A stretch of 64,000 nucleotides of DNA from Caecitellus pseudoparvulus (taxonomy: Eukaryota > Protista > Bigyra: Bicosoecida): positions 186,001 through 250,000 of the forward strand of contig CBFFRQ010000039.1 in the NCBI GenBank assembly GCA_965644315.1, given 5' to 3'. The position numbers were made by a program, and so were the translations under genes. Shown here piece after piece: positions 1-9,463 of this stretch. The notes under the pieces were generated by a model. The model was not told the DNA's origin and searched no databases. It saw only the letters and a program-made list of their open reading frames with translations. Each line of letters begins with the position of its first letter. The stretch's first letter is position 1.

Positions 1-3000
1 CTGTTCGACACGAATCTGCGCCGGAAGTACAGGTGGCTGGTGCAGGATCGGTGCGTTTCACGCGTTTCGTCGCATGCGGCGAGGGGATGCAAGCACCGTT
101 CCCTTGCCCCCTTGACCCCCCCCCCAGCATGCTGTGGGCGATCCTTGGCTCTCTCAACGTGCTTTCCATCATTATCGGCGGCACAATCCTGGCAATCACG
201 CCCAGTCGACTGCAGGTGAGCGATGGTGAGGTCGCTAGAATCGACTGGCTCCGGACCCCTCTTGCCCCCCATCCCCCAGGCAACGGAATGCTACTTCTAT
301 GAGGACCGGCTGGTGTTCATTGCTCTTCTTGTGGTGCGTGGCCGCGGAAGGGGGTGCCTTGCTCCGCGCGAAGCACCTGCCAGCACCGCTCCTTTCGGCA
401 GGTGTACGCTGCCGGGGTTATGGCCATGCTGCGACTGTTCATCGCGAATGAAGTGAAGGACCAGTTCAACATCACCCGGGAGCTGCTGACGTGTTTCGGT
501 GCCTGGGTGGTGCTGGCCGGCTCGCACTTCCTGTACGCGTTCCTGGCCAGCCAGTTCCCCAGCGTGGCGGCAGTGGAGCAGCAAGTGCCTTCCCACACAC
601 TGCTCCTGCTCATGTTCAGCTTCACGTCTCTGCAGTCCTGGTACAGACCCGCTATTCTAGACCCCTCCACCCTGCCCCGCTCAGCGCGCCTGCGCATGCT
701 GCGTGCACAGTTCCAACGTCTGACGCTGGGTCTGCAAGTGCTCCGGCATGCGTGTGCTTCACACGAAACCTGGGCAACCATGCTGCAGGGCAAGGTGGGC
801 AGGGGCATCGTGGGGGAAGAGTGGCTCCCAGGACACAGCTGGACCGTGCGCCTGACGCCCTTCCTCACCACCACCACCACCAGCGGCAGTGACAGTCTGG
901 GTCGTCCCGTCAGCGTTCACATGGGGGACTCCGACACATCCCTGGCAGACCCCAAGCGGCGGGGCAGCACCACCCTCGGCAGTGCCATCGGCATAGCTGC
1001 GTCGGGCGCACTGGCCCACGGAGACAGCCCCATGCAGGAGTCCCCTGCTCGGTCCCCGGGGACTGCCTCACCCTCCCCGCGAACCAGCCCAGGCCCCAGC
1101 TCCAGTGACATCTGGTGCAAGCTGGTAGGGGTGGAGAAAGGCGGCCGCATCGCCGAGCCGTACCGTGCCCTGCTCCCGCTGGTGCCTGGCACGCTCTGCA
1201 CGCCCCGTGACCCGCTCGCTTTCTGGTGCTGGCATGCGCTGGGCTGCTCTGCCTGTCGCCCATGCTGCGGAGGCGCCAGTGCGGGCCCAGACCCCGTGCC
1301 AGCGACCTGGTGGGCCCACGACAACGCGGTGGATGGCCTGCGCTGCTGCGCCTGCCAGCCCAGTCGGTCTCCGGGTGGCGTGTACGCCGTACACAGCACG
1401 GCTGCCCGGAACATGGTGGATGACGCTGACGATGCAGACGGCGGCAGTGGTGACAGCTGGGTGGGCGAAGGGGGTTGCTGCAGGCGGGCACCTTGTGTTT
1501 GTCTTGGGCGGGGCGTGTTGGACCAGCATGGGTGGGCAGCCTCAACGCTTGTGTGGGGGGGGGTGCTGGGCGTGTCACGAGGTGCCGTGTGGGCAGCATG
1601 TCCCGCCTTCTGTGGCGACAGGGCCCAGCAGCAGGCGGAGGCGGACCAGGAGGATGACGTAGATGAGGTACAGGCTTTCGTCAGCACGCAGGCGTCCCGG
1701 GGGGCCAAGTACAGCGTGGGCATTGGGCGGGACGGCAGCGTGACCCTGGCCAGCAGCACCCAAGTCCTGCCGCACAAGCGCTTTCTCCAAGCCATCGTGC
1801 GCCAGTTCGTGCGAGATGTCACCCCCAGCCAGCGGGTGTTGCTGCTTGCAAGCATGCACGGTGTGGCGGTGGCCAGCAGTGTGGGTGCGCTGCTGGGCAG
1901 TGAGAGCGACGGCAGCTCGTCAGATGACCGACATGCTGGGTCAGGCAGTGCGGGGGGCTCCTTGCGTCTGAGCAGAGCCGGGCAGGCGGGCTTGCACAGC
2001 CAGTACAGCGGTCCCATCATGCGAGCACTGGCGTGGGTCATGTGCATTCCCCCGAAAGGTAGCGGCGCCGGCGGCACGCCTGGCTCCTCCTCGGGCGGCA
2101 CAGACGGTGCGGGTGGTGAAGGCGGTGACGTATTTGATGATGAGCAAGGGCTGCATGCTGTGCACGTTGCGGTGTGTGACTTGAACGCGGAGCAGCAGCA
2201 GCGCGTGTCCAACGCACGCATGCACCTGCTGCAAGCAGTGTGGAGCCTGCCCAAGCTACTCATGCACCCAGCGGCCTGCGCAATCCTGAAACAACACAGC
2301 AAAGCCTGCCTTTGCCCCGAACTCGTGGACTTCATCGTGGCTGTGCGTGAGTTCAAGCGCTGCTTGGCTCACGTTGCACAGGCGGTTTCTCAAGCCGTCA
2401 CAGGCACCGCCCCTGCCCGTGAGCAAACCAAGACGTCAACCAGTGATGCCAGCGTGGTGTCCAGGGAAAGTGGGAACGACTTCGAAGCAAGCCTCGCGCT
2501 GACTGTGTGGATGGGGCTGCTTTCAGCTGACGAGGCAGTGAGCAAGGTGCTCACGACACCCGGCGCGAACAGCAGTGTTGAGCTATCAAGCATTGTCGCG
2601 CGGAGGAAGGCGGCGACTGCCGGGCGTGCAGCTGAGCGATGGGTGTTTGGGGCGAGTTGGAACATGTTCCGCGTCAGGTACTCGCCACTGGTATCGTCCA
2701 GTCTCGCGCGAGCCATGCGTCGGAGTCGACTGGCTGGCACTGGTGCGGGGCAAGCTTCCCGGGAGCTGCTGACCAGCTCAGGGCGAGGAGGGAGTGGACT
2801 GTATGCACAGCACTTCACAGACGCCGAGGATAGCTTCCTGGGCAGCGTGGGGAGTCTGCGCAGTCGGGCCTCTGGCAGCATCGTCCCGCACGGCGCCAAG
2901 CCCAGCAAGCGGCGAACCTCCACGCATACCACCAGCAGTGCGCAGACAAGTGGGACTGGGGAGGCGCCCAGCAATGGACTGAAGCCTGTGCGCGCAGGGG

Positions 3001-3998
3001 CCCGCCGCGTTCGGGCAGTCAGCCACAGCACTGGGAGCAGCTCGCATGGTCCAGACCGCACCGCCAGCGATGGCCACACGGCTAGTGGGACGTACGGAGT
3101 ACCACCCCGCCGTGCAGGGGGCGTGGGGTCGGTCAGTGTGACTCTGGGCACACCGGTGGCGCCTCTGCCCCAAATTGGACAGGGGGGCGGCGTGTCAGCC
3201 TCCGCTGCCGCTGCCAGCGTCCCCCGCCATATGAGCGGGTCAGCTGCGCCGCCGCCCAGCCCAGGGCGGCAAGACAGCACGCTCACGCCCAGTGGCCGGG
3301 AAGCAGATGGGTCCATGGTGCTGGGAGGGACCAACGTTGTGTCTGGAGCACTGCAGGATGACGTATACGCCCACAGCGTGTCGGAACTGCACACCAGCGT
3401 CGGGCAGCAACTGCCGTTCAAAGACCTGGGCGTGCCAGACTCCCCCCTGCCTCGAGTGAGTGCGCGAGCTGTCCAGGAGCTGGTGCATGACCTAGTGGAC
3501 GCATTTCTGACGCCAGGGGCGCCTCTGGAAGTGAACATTTCAGCGTCCATGCGTTGCGCTGTGCTGGATGAAATCGCAGCCGTTTGCGGTGAGGGCGCAG
3601 GCGTGACACCGCCGCCCATGCCCCGTGCGCAGCGTGCAGCCCAGCGCCGACGGGCAGCTTGCACCGCGCCTGTGCCCAGCACGCTGGCTGACGCTGACGC
3701 TGCGTGGGACACGTGGCAGGCTGACAGCGCACAGGGGGTGGCCGTGCGGAAGTTTCTGCAGGTGCAGCTAGACACGCTGGTGCGCTTGTCCTGCTTGTTT
3801 GATGGCGTGCTGGTGGAGGTGTTGAAGCTTGTGGAGGAGAACGTTGTGAGCAGCCTCTTCAGCAGCGACCTGGGCAGGCGCTTGGCGTTGCTGCGTTTCC
3901 GTCCGCGCCTGGCTCGCTCACGTTCTCGCAGCATGTCCGATGGCGGGGGCGGTGTGCTGGACAGCACGGGAAGTGGGGGAGTGGTGTCACCAGTGTAG
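1..3998 (+). CDS. Multi-TM RGS-domain protein (7TM-RGS-like), 5'-truncated by the window; predicted introns 51-127, 216-279, 334-401
   Basis: Spliced N-terminus gives successive hydrophobic helices (MLWAILGSLNVLSIIIGGTILAI; RLVFIALLVVYAAGVMAML; KDQFNITRELLTCFGAWVVLAG; HTLLLLMFSFTSLQSWYRP). RGS motifs: LLMHP..ILKQHSKACLCPELVDFIVAVREFK (~2250-2360), LVDAFLTPGAPLEVNISASMR (~3490-3555), LFDGVLVEVLKLVEENVVSSLFSS (~3795-3865). All three introns are GT..AG and preserve frame. Confidence 0.8.
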
Positions 3999-4380
3999 GA
4001 CCCTGCGACTCATGTCCCAGCGATCAGCGCGTAGTGGCGGCTGCGGCCCCTGTGTCGACGGTTGAGCCATGAGCAGAGCAAACCACCCTGTGCAGCGGCT
4101 GAGCGTTGCCAATTCAAAGGCAGGTCCATGCTTGCCAAGCAATCTTAATTCACTGCAGGCCTACCTCCTTTAGCTCGTTTGCCGCAGAACGCCCAAGACA
4201 GGGGCACTGGAACTCCTCAGCATTGCGGACTTCCAGCTTGCCTCGTCCCTCTGGCAACCACTGCAACAAGGAGCACGATCGGAGTTTTAACTCTTGCAGT
4301 AGGAGGAAGGGGTCGGGGGTTTTCCTTTCACTGACTCTGCGTGATTTCTCGTGACGTGCACCCTCATCTGTTGAGGCGCA

Positions 4381-5798
4381 ATGGCCGACGGCAGAGCGGA
4401 TTTTGAGCCTCTGCCAGAATCCCAAGATGCTTCACTTGCGGACGCTGCGGACATAGCTGCACCCAAGGATGCCGACGCACAAAGCCCACTTGCAAGTTTC
4501 ATTTCAACTTTGTGCCAGCTTGGGCTGATGGTGCTGGGAATGGCGGTGTTGATGGGACTGGTGCGTGCGCTGGCTCGCAAGCGCTGCACGAGGTCCGTGT
4601 TGCGCTTGCCGGCCCACCACACGCTGCTCCTCGTGCGCCGTCTCAGAACCTGTACTGGCGGCAAGACAGTATCTTGTACCACCCTGACATGCAGGGAGTG
4701 CCCAAGCACCCCCGAGACAACCCCCACCCGCTGTCCTCCCCTGGCGATAGCGGCATGGCGTTCAAAACCCTCTCGATTCCCACCTCTGACGGGGAGCTAC
4801 TGCACGCCTGGCTCATCACCACCGCCGAGTCGCAGCACGCACCAACTCTCGTCTTCCTCCACGGCAATGCTGGCAACATGGGCATGCGCCTGCCCAACGC
4901 CAAGCTCCTGCACGCTCTGACCAAGTGCAACATCCTCATGGTGGACTACCGAGGATACGGGGGGTCCACTGGCACGCCGAGCGAGGAGGGGCTGGGCCTG
5001 GATGGCGAGGCGGTGCTGGATGCCCTGTCGTGGGAAGAGGGCATCGACGCCTCCAAGATCGTGCTGTTTGGGCGCAGTCTGGGGGGTGCTGTGGCTGTGG
5101 CCGTCGCCAGCGCCACAAAGCACTACACTGGCACCAGCCTGGCTGAGTACGCAGAGGCCACAAAGGCTTGGACTCAGGATGCAGGGGGTGCAGGCCCTGC
5201 TGCAGGGGGCGACGAGGGGGGCTACCGCGGTGCCAAGCGCCCATTGTGGGTGCGTGCGCTGGTGCTGGAGAACACGTTCACGAGTATTACCGACATGGTG
5301 CAGCGCATCTTCCCCTGGTGGGTGCAGAGCTTGCGTCCCCTGGTGCAGCGCATTTTCTACCCCTCCATCGACCGCATTCTGCACCTGCGCCTGCCCATCC
5401 TGTTCTTGTCTGGCTCGGCAGACCAGCTCATCCCGCCAGTCCACATGCGCCGCCTGCACGATGCAGCGGATGCCAGTGTGTTGCGGAGGTTCTACCTCAT
5501 CGAGGAGGGGGGGCACAACGACTCGTGGAAGGTGGGAGGTGTCGCGTATTACGCCCAGTGGCGCAGCTTCCTGCAGGACGCATGCGGACACGACATTCCC
5601 CCCGTGGAAGAGACGGTGCAAGCCACCCTGGGAGCGAACAAAGTCCGCCCTGGTGCAGGGACTGTGGAGGAGGGCTCAGATGGTCCAGGGTCGGACCTCC
5701 TGGGGGACGAGAGTGAGTCCTCTGAGGATGAAGGGCCTGGCACCGCGAAGCGGCGCACACTGCAGGGATCTGACAGCGGGAGTGACGAGGACCTCTGA
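4381..5798 (+). CDS. ABHD13: Alpha/beta hydrolase, ABHD13/Bem46 family; intron 4561-4646
   Basis: N-terminal TM anchor in exon 1, then QDSILYHP, FLHGNAGNMG, VDYRGYGGSTGTPSEEGL, nucleophile GRSLGG, LENTFTSI, GSADQLIP (Asp), GGHND (His). Confidence 0.88.
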
Positions 5799-6081
5799 GG
5801 CCCTTCCAGCGCAGCCCAGAGCACGCAGCAACAATGCATGCACACATTCTAATTTTCAAGCGTTCCCCGTGTGTCTCCGCCTGGGCAATCTGTTCGTGCC
5901 TCTGTTCATGCTAAATGCAGGAGCGACTGCACGCGCGTTTCAGCCGCGTTTCAACAACATCCCCCGCCGCGACGAACAAGGCCTGCTGCCCCATTTCAAT
6001 TCCCTTTGAAACCGTCGGGACAGGAGCTTGTTAAAAGAACAGTAATCTCTTACTTGTGGGTCGTGTCTCCCAATTTCCATT

Positions 6082-7584
6082 ATGGCAGCTCAGTCTGGAA
6101 CCCGAGGCCAGCTCTCCAAGCGAGGCCAGGCAGCATCCACCTCCATCGCCCTGCCGTACCTCATGGACTTCCTGGGACAGCTGGGCAATGTGTGGCATGC
6201 CGAGAAGAACCCACAGGGCTCCATACTCATGGCTGTCGCTGAGAACCACCAAAATTACGCTGCCTTGCAGCGCCGCCTCGCGGCATGCTCTGACAAGCGC
6301 GGCGACACTTGCGGCTACACGTCCATGAATGGCCTGCCTCGCTTCCGAGCTGCCCTGGCGGGATTCTTACCGCAGCTGCTGGCACCTGGACTGCACTTGG
6401 ATGCAGACAACTTCTGCGTGTCGGCTGGCTGTTCTGCGTTGCTGGACAATCTGGCGTTTTCCCTGTGTGAGCCAGGCGATGCGGTGTTGGTGCCGTCGCC
6501 CATGTACGGTGCTTTTCGCAGTGACTGCCGCCTGAAAGCTGGAGCAGTGGTTGTGCCCTGTCCTATAGACGTTGGGAGGCCGCAGGTGGTGGATGGCACT
6601 TCGCTGGCACCCCTGCAAGTCTCGTCTGCTGCGTTGCAGGCTGGATTCGACGCGGCGGTCAAGGGTGGACACAAACCTCGCCTGCTCATCCTCACACACC
6701 CAGGCAACCCGACAGGGGTGGCCATGACTGCGTCTGAGCTGCGAGAAGCCATTGCTTGGGCCCGTGAACGCGCCCTGCACGTGCTCGTGGATGAAGTGTA
6801 CGCGCTGGGGGTCTTCCCCAACACCGACTTCGTGTCCAGCGCACAACTGCTGCGGAGGACTGGCGGCGCACTGGACCTGGGCCCTGATGTGCACTTGATG
6901 TGGGGCTTCAGCAAGGACTTTGCCGTCTCTGGCTTCCGCATCGGCATGCTGTACTCCCAGAACGAGTCCCTCCTGTCTGCGCTGTCCTCGACGGCGGTGT
7001 TTTGTGCCGTGTCCAACCTGGCACAAGAGGCCATGGCAGAAGTGCTGGAAGACGCCGACTGGACCAAGCAGTACTTGGCGGACAACGCCGCAATCGTCCA
7101 GACTGCGTACAGTGCCGCTGTGCGGGAGCTGACTGCAGCAGGCGTGCCATGCATGCCCGCTCAGGGTGGCATGTTCGTCTGGTGCGACCTGCGATGTTGT
7201 CTGCGGGCGTCACGGCCTGCTTCAGCCACATCTCCTGCCGCCACGCCAGGGGTGGACACTGACTATGCCGCTGGTGATGTGGACGTGGACGGTGTTCCGT
7301 GGCAAGCGGAACACGAGCTGTCCCAGGCCCTGCTCAAGGAGCACAAGGTGCTGCTGACGCCCGGGCGAGCTTGCAACTCTGCGCGGGCTGGCTTCTTCCG
7401 CATGTGCGTCACGTGGATGCCGCTGGAAGGCACAGTGGAGGGGGCACGGCGTGTGGCGGACTTCGCGCGTGCCTGCGCTTCCGGCAGCTCGCCACGCCAG
7501 ACCAGGCTTGCGGAGAACGCCGTGCCAAGTGCAGGCCCACACGGAACCGCAGCGTGGGAAGGCGCCATGGCTGCCAAGCTGTAG
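6082..7584 (+). CDS. PLP-dependent class I/II aminotransferase, ACC-synthase-like (ACCS family)
   Basis: NPQGSILMAVAEN, PSPMYGAF, THPGNPTG, VDEVYA, PLP-lysine motif WGFSKDFAVSGFRIG, GGMFVWCDL, LTPG...GFFRMC. Apparently intronless 500 aa. Confidence 0.88.
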   Translation: MAAQSGTRGQLSKRGQAASTSIALPYLMDFLGQLGNVWHAEKNPQGSILMAVAENHQNYAALQRRLAACSDKRGDTCGYTSMNGLPRFRAALAGFLPQLLAPGLHLDADNFCVSAGCSALLDNLAFSLCEPGDAVLVPSPMYGAFRSDCRLKAGAVVVPCPIDVGRPQVVDGTSLAPLQVSSAALQAGFDAAVKGGHKPRLLILTHPGNPTGVAMTASELREAIAWARERALHVLVDEVYALGVFPNTDFVSSAQLLRRTGGALDLGPDVHLMWGFSKDFAVSGFRIGMLYSQNESLLSALSSTAVFCAVSNLAQEAMAEVLEDADWTKQYLADNAAIVQTAYSAAVRELTAAGVPCMPAQGGMFVWCDLRCCLRASRPASATSPAATPGVDTDYAAGDVDVDGVPWQAEHELSQALLKEHKVLLTPGRACNSARAGFFRMCVTWMPLEGTVEGARRVADFARACASGSSPRQTRLAENAVPSAGPHGTAAWEGAMAAKL

Positions 7585-7628
7585 CGGCGCACGCCACGCT
7601 CCCCTCTCCCACCTGCTGCATCCGCCCA

Positions 7629-7642
7629 CAATGCATGTATTG
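7629..7642. terminator. Near-palindrome CAATGCATGTATTG between convergent stop codons; candidate 3'-end signal
   Basis: 13/14 identical to the element at 57519; lies in the 95-bp gap between stops at 7584 (+) and 7680 (-). Confidence 0.45.
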
Positions 7643-7679
7643 ACACCAGGCAAGCTGGGCCGCGGCCCCCGCCCCTGCC

Positions 7680-9074
7680 TCACAGCTTGGGCTCTGCGGC
7701 GGAATACGTCGCATGTGCGACGGCGTGCTGGCCCCGCTCGTATGGCGGCACAGGGCCAGACCCCGGCACGTCTGTGCCGTGCACAACCGCCGAGGTGATG
7801 CGCAACAGCTTCAGGGCCAGCGCCTCGCTGTCTGCCCAGGTGTGGGGTGGGACACAGCCGCCCATGAGGGCGATGGCGGAATCTGCGTGCCCTTCCCCCT
7901 CCGCCTGCACGAACGACACAGCAGGTGCCCCTGCAGCCTGCAGTGTGGCGGCATACTGCACCGAATTGTCAAAGGGGCACACATCATCGTCTTTGGAGTG
8001 CAAGAACACCTGCCGAGGAAGCAGCGCCACCGCTGCCGGGGACAAATTCCTGGCAACTTGCACTGGGGAACACGCCGCCCAGCGCGGTGGGCCGCCGCAC
8101 ACGGGGTCCATGGGGGACACCCACGCATGCCCAATGTCTGAGCCAAAGAGAGGGCGGCTGGCTTCAAAGGCGTAGTGCCGGGCGATGTCGTACACGCCGC
8201 TGGCGAGGAGTGCGCCGCAGATGCTGCCCAGCATGGCTTTGGCCTCCTCCGGCGACACAGGCAGCTGACCACCGACCTCTTTCGGCAGAACGGCAGCATT
8301 CAAGTGCCCACCTCCACCGTGCCCTGCGCCCGAGTCGTCCGGTGCTGACGCGGCGACGGCAGCAAGCCTCAACTGCGCCAGGGCGATGAGGTGTGCGCCG
8401 GCAGAGTGGCCCATGAGCGTGACCCTGTCGGGGTCCCCGCCGTATTTCTCCGCATTCCTCCGCAACCACCGCAGGCACAGCACGACGTCCTCCACCATGT
8501 CCTCCACGTCGCCGTACGGGTACACCCTGTAGGACGTCGCTGCTGCGACGACACCCAGTTGCGCTACTTTTCGGGCTAGGTTGCCGAAGTGCCAGCTCTC
8601 ACCCCACGACCAAGCCCCCCCGTGCACAAACAGCACCATGGGCGCAAGGGCACGAGAGGGATGTGGCGGCACGCCTGCCGCCACTGCAGATCGCCCCGGC
8701 ATGGGTGTGAAGACATCCACCCACTGGCGGTGCAGTGGACCAAAGCGGCGCCCGAGGTGGGCGTTGGGGGCCATCACGGCTGAGGTGAGGGCCAGGGCGA
8801 AACGGGGCTGCAGCAGTACTGCCAAGTACGTCCCACCATATGTGATCGCATTTGCCAGTTCATCAGCCGCGGCACGCAGCAGCAATGGCATGCGGAAGTA
8901 CAGCCGCCCCCCTGACTGGATCGAGCCTCGCTGCAGCCAGTACCACCTGCGCAGCAAGCCTGTGGCGGACAAGAGGGCGGTGGCGAGGAACAGCCCATTC
9001 CAGGACATCCAGGCAGAAGGCGATGCAGTGCTGCTGTGCTCAGGGCCAGCGCCCGTGCCGTCGCTGCTTGGCAT
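7680..9074 (-). CDS. Isoprenylcysteine methylesterase (ICME)-like carboxylesterase with N-terminal TM
   Basis: FVHGGAWSWG oxyanion motif, YRVYP, YGGDPDRVTLMGHSAGAHL nucleophile, HSKDDDVCP, GHAD. Likely ATG at 9074 (MPSSDG), because the ORF extension to 9563 overlaps the divergent promoter and first exon of the next gene. Confidence 0.8.
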   Translation of the reverse strand: MPSSDGTGAGPEHSSTASPSAWMSWNGLFLATALLSATGLLRRWYWLQRGSIQSGGRLYFRMPLLLRAAADELANAITYGGTYLAVLLQPRFALALTSAVMAPNAHLGRRFGPLHRQWVDVFTPMPGRSAVAAGVPPHPSRALAPMVLFVHGGAWSWGESWHFGNLARKVAQLGVVAAATSYRVYPYGDVEDMVEDVVLCLRWLRRNAEKYGGDPDRVTLMGHSAGAHLIALAQLRLAAVAASAPDDSGAGHGGGGHLNAAVLPKEVGGQLPVSPEEAKAMLGSICGALLASGVYDIARHYAFEASRPLFGSDIGHAWVSPMDPVCGGPPRWAACSPVQVARNLSPAAVALLPRQVFLHSKDDDVCPFDNSVQYAATLQAAGAPAVSFVQAEGEGHADSAIALMGGCVPPHTWADSEALALKLLRITSAVVHGTDVPGSGPVPPYERGQHAVAHATYSAAEPKL

Positions 9075-9463
9075 GGCTTGCCGATGAAGGGGGAGTTTCG
9101 CCCTGAAACGGTGCCCTGCTGCGTCCGGTGGTGCAAGGCAAAGACACGGCTGGATCAGGGCAAAAGAGAGGACACGCGATGTAGTAAATATGGACAGTGC
9201 ATAGTTTTGGTGGTGTCTCTTGTTCGCAAGCACCCGTCCGGCCCCGTGCTCCAAGCCTTTCAGAGCTCGCAACCTCCTCCTCACGGCATGGCAATCCTCC
9301 GTACACAAACTGCCATCAGACAAAGTAAAAACCGCAACGACTGGTGGATAATCCATTGTCTTGTGGGTGCTGTTGTGCTCAGCTGCGAGCTGGCGTGCCC
9401 TTTCATGCGCACCGGTGCTGTGCGGCAAGCGGCAGCAACTGGCAGCGGCACCTCGCCAACGCC
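9075..9463. promoter_or_regulatory. Putative bidirectional promoter (esterase / PKDRR-like channel)
   Basis: ~390-bp, relatively AT-richer gap between inferred divergent ATGs; positional inference only. Confidence 0.4.

Noticed and set aside
4381-9074. Hydrolase-aminotransferase-esterase as a metabolic gene cluster
   Set aside because: No shared pathway can be supported; adjacency is expected in a compact genome.
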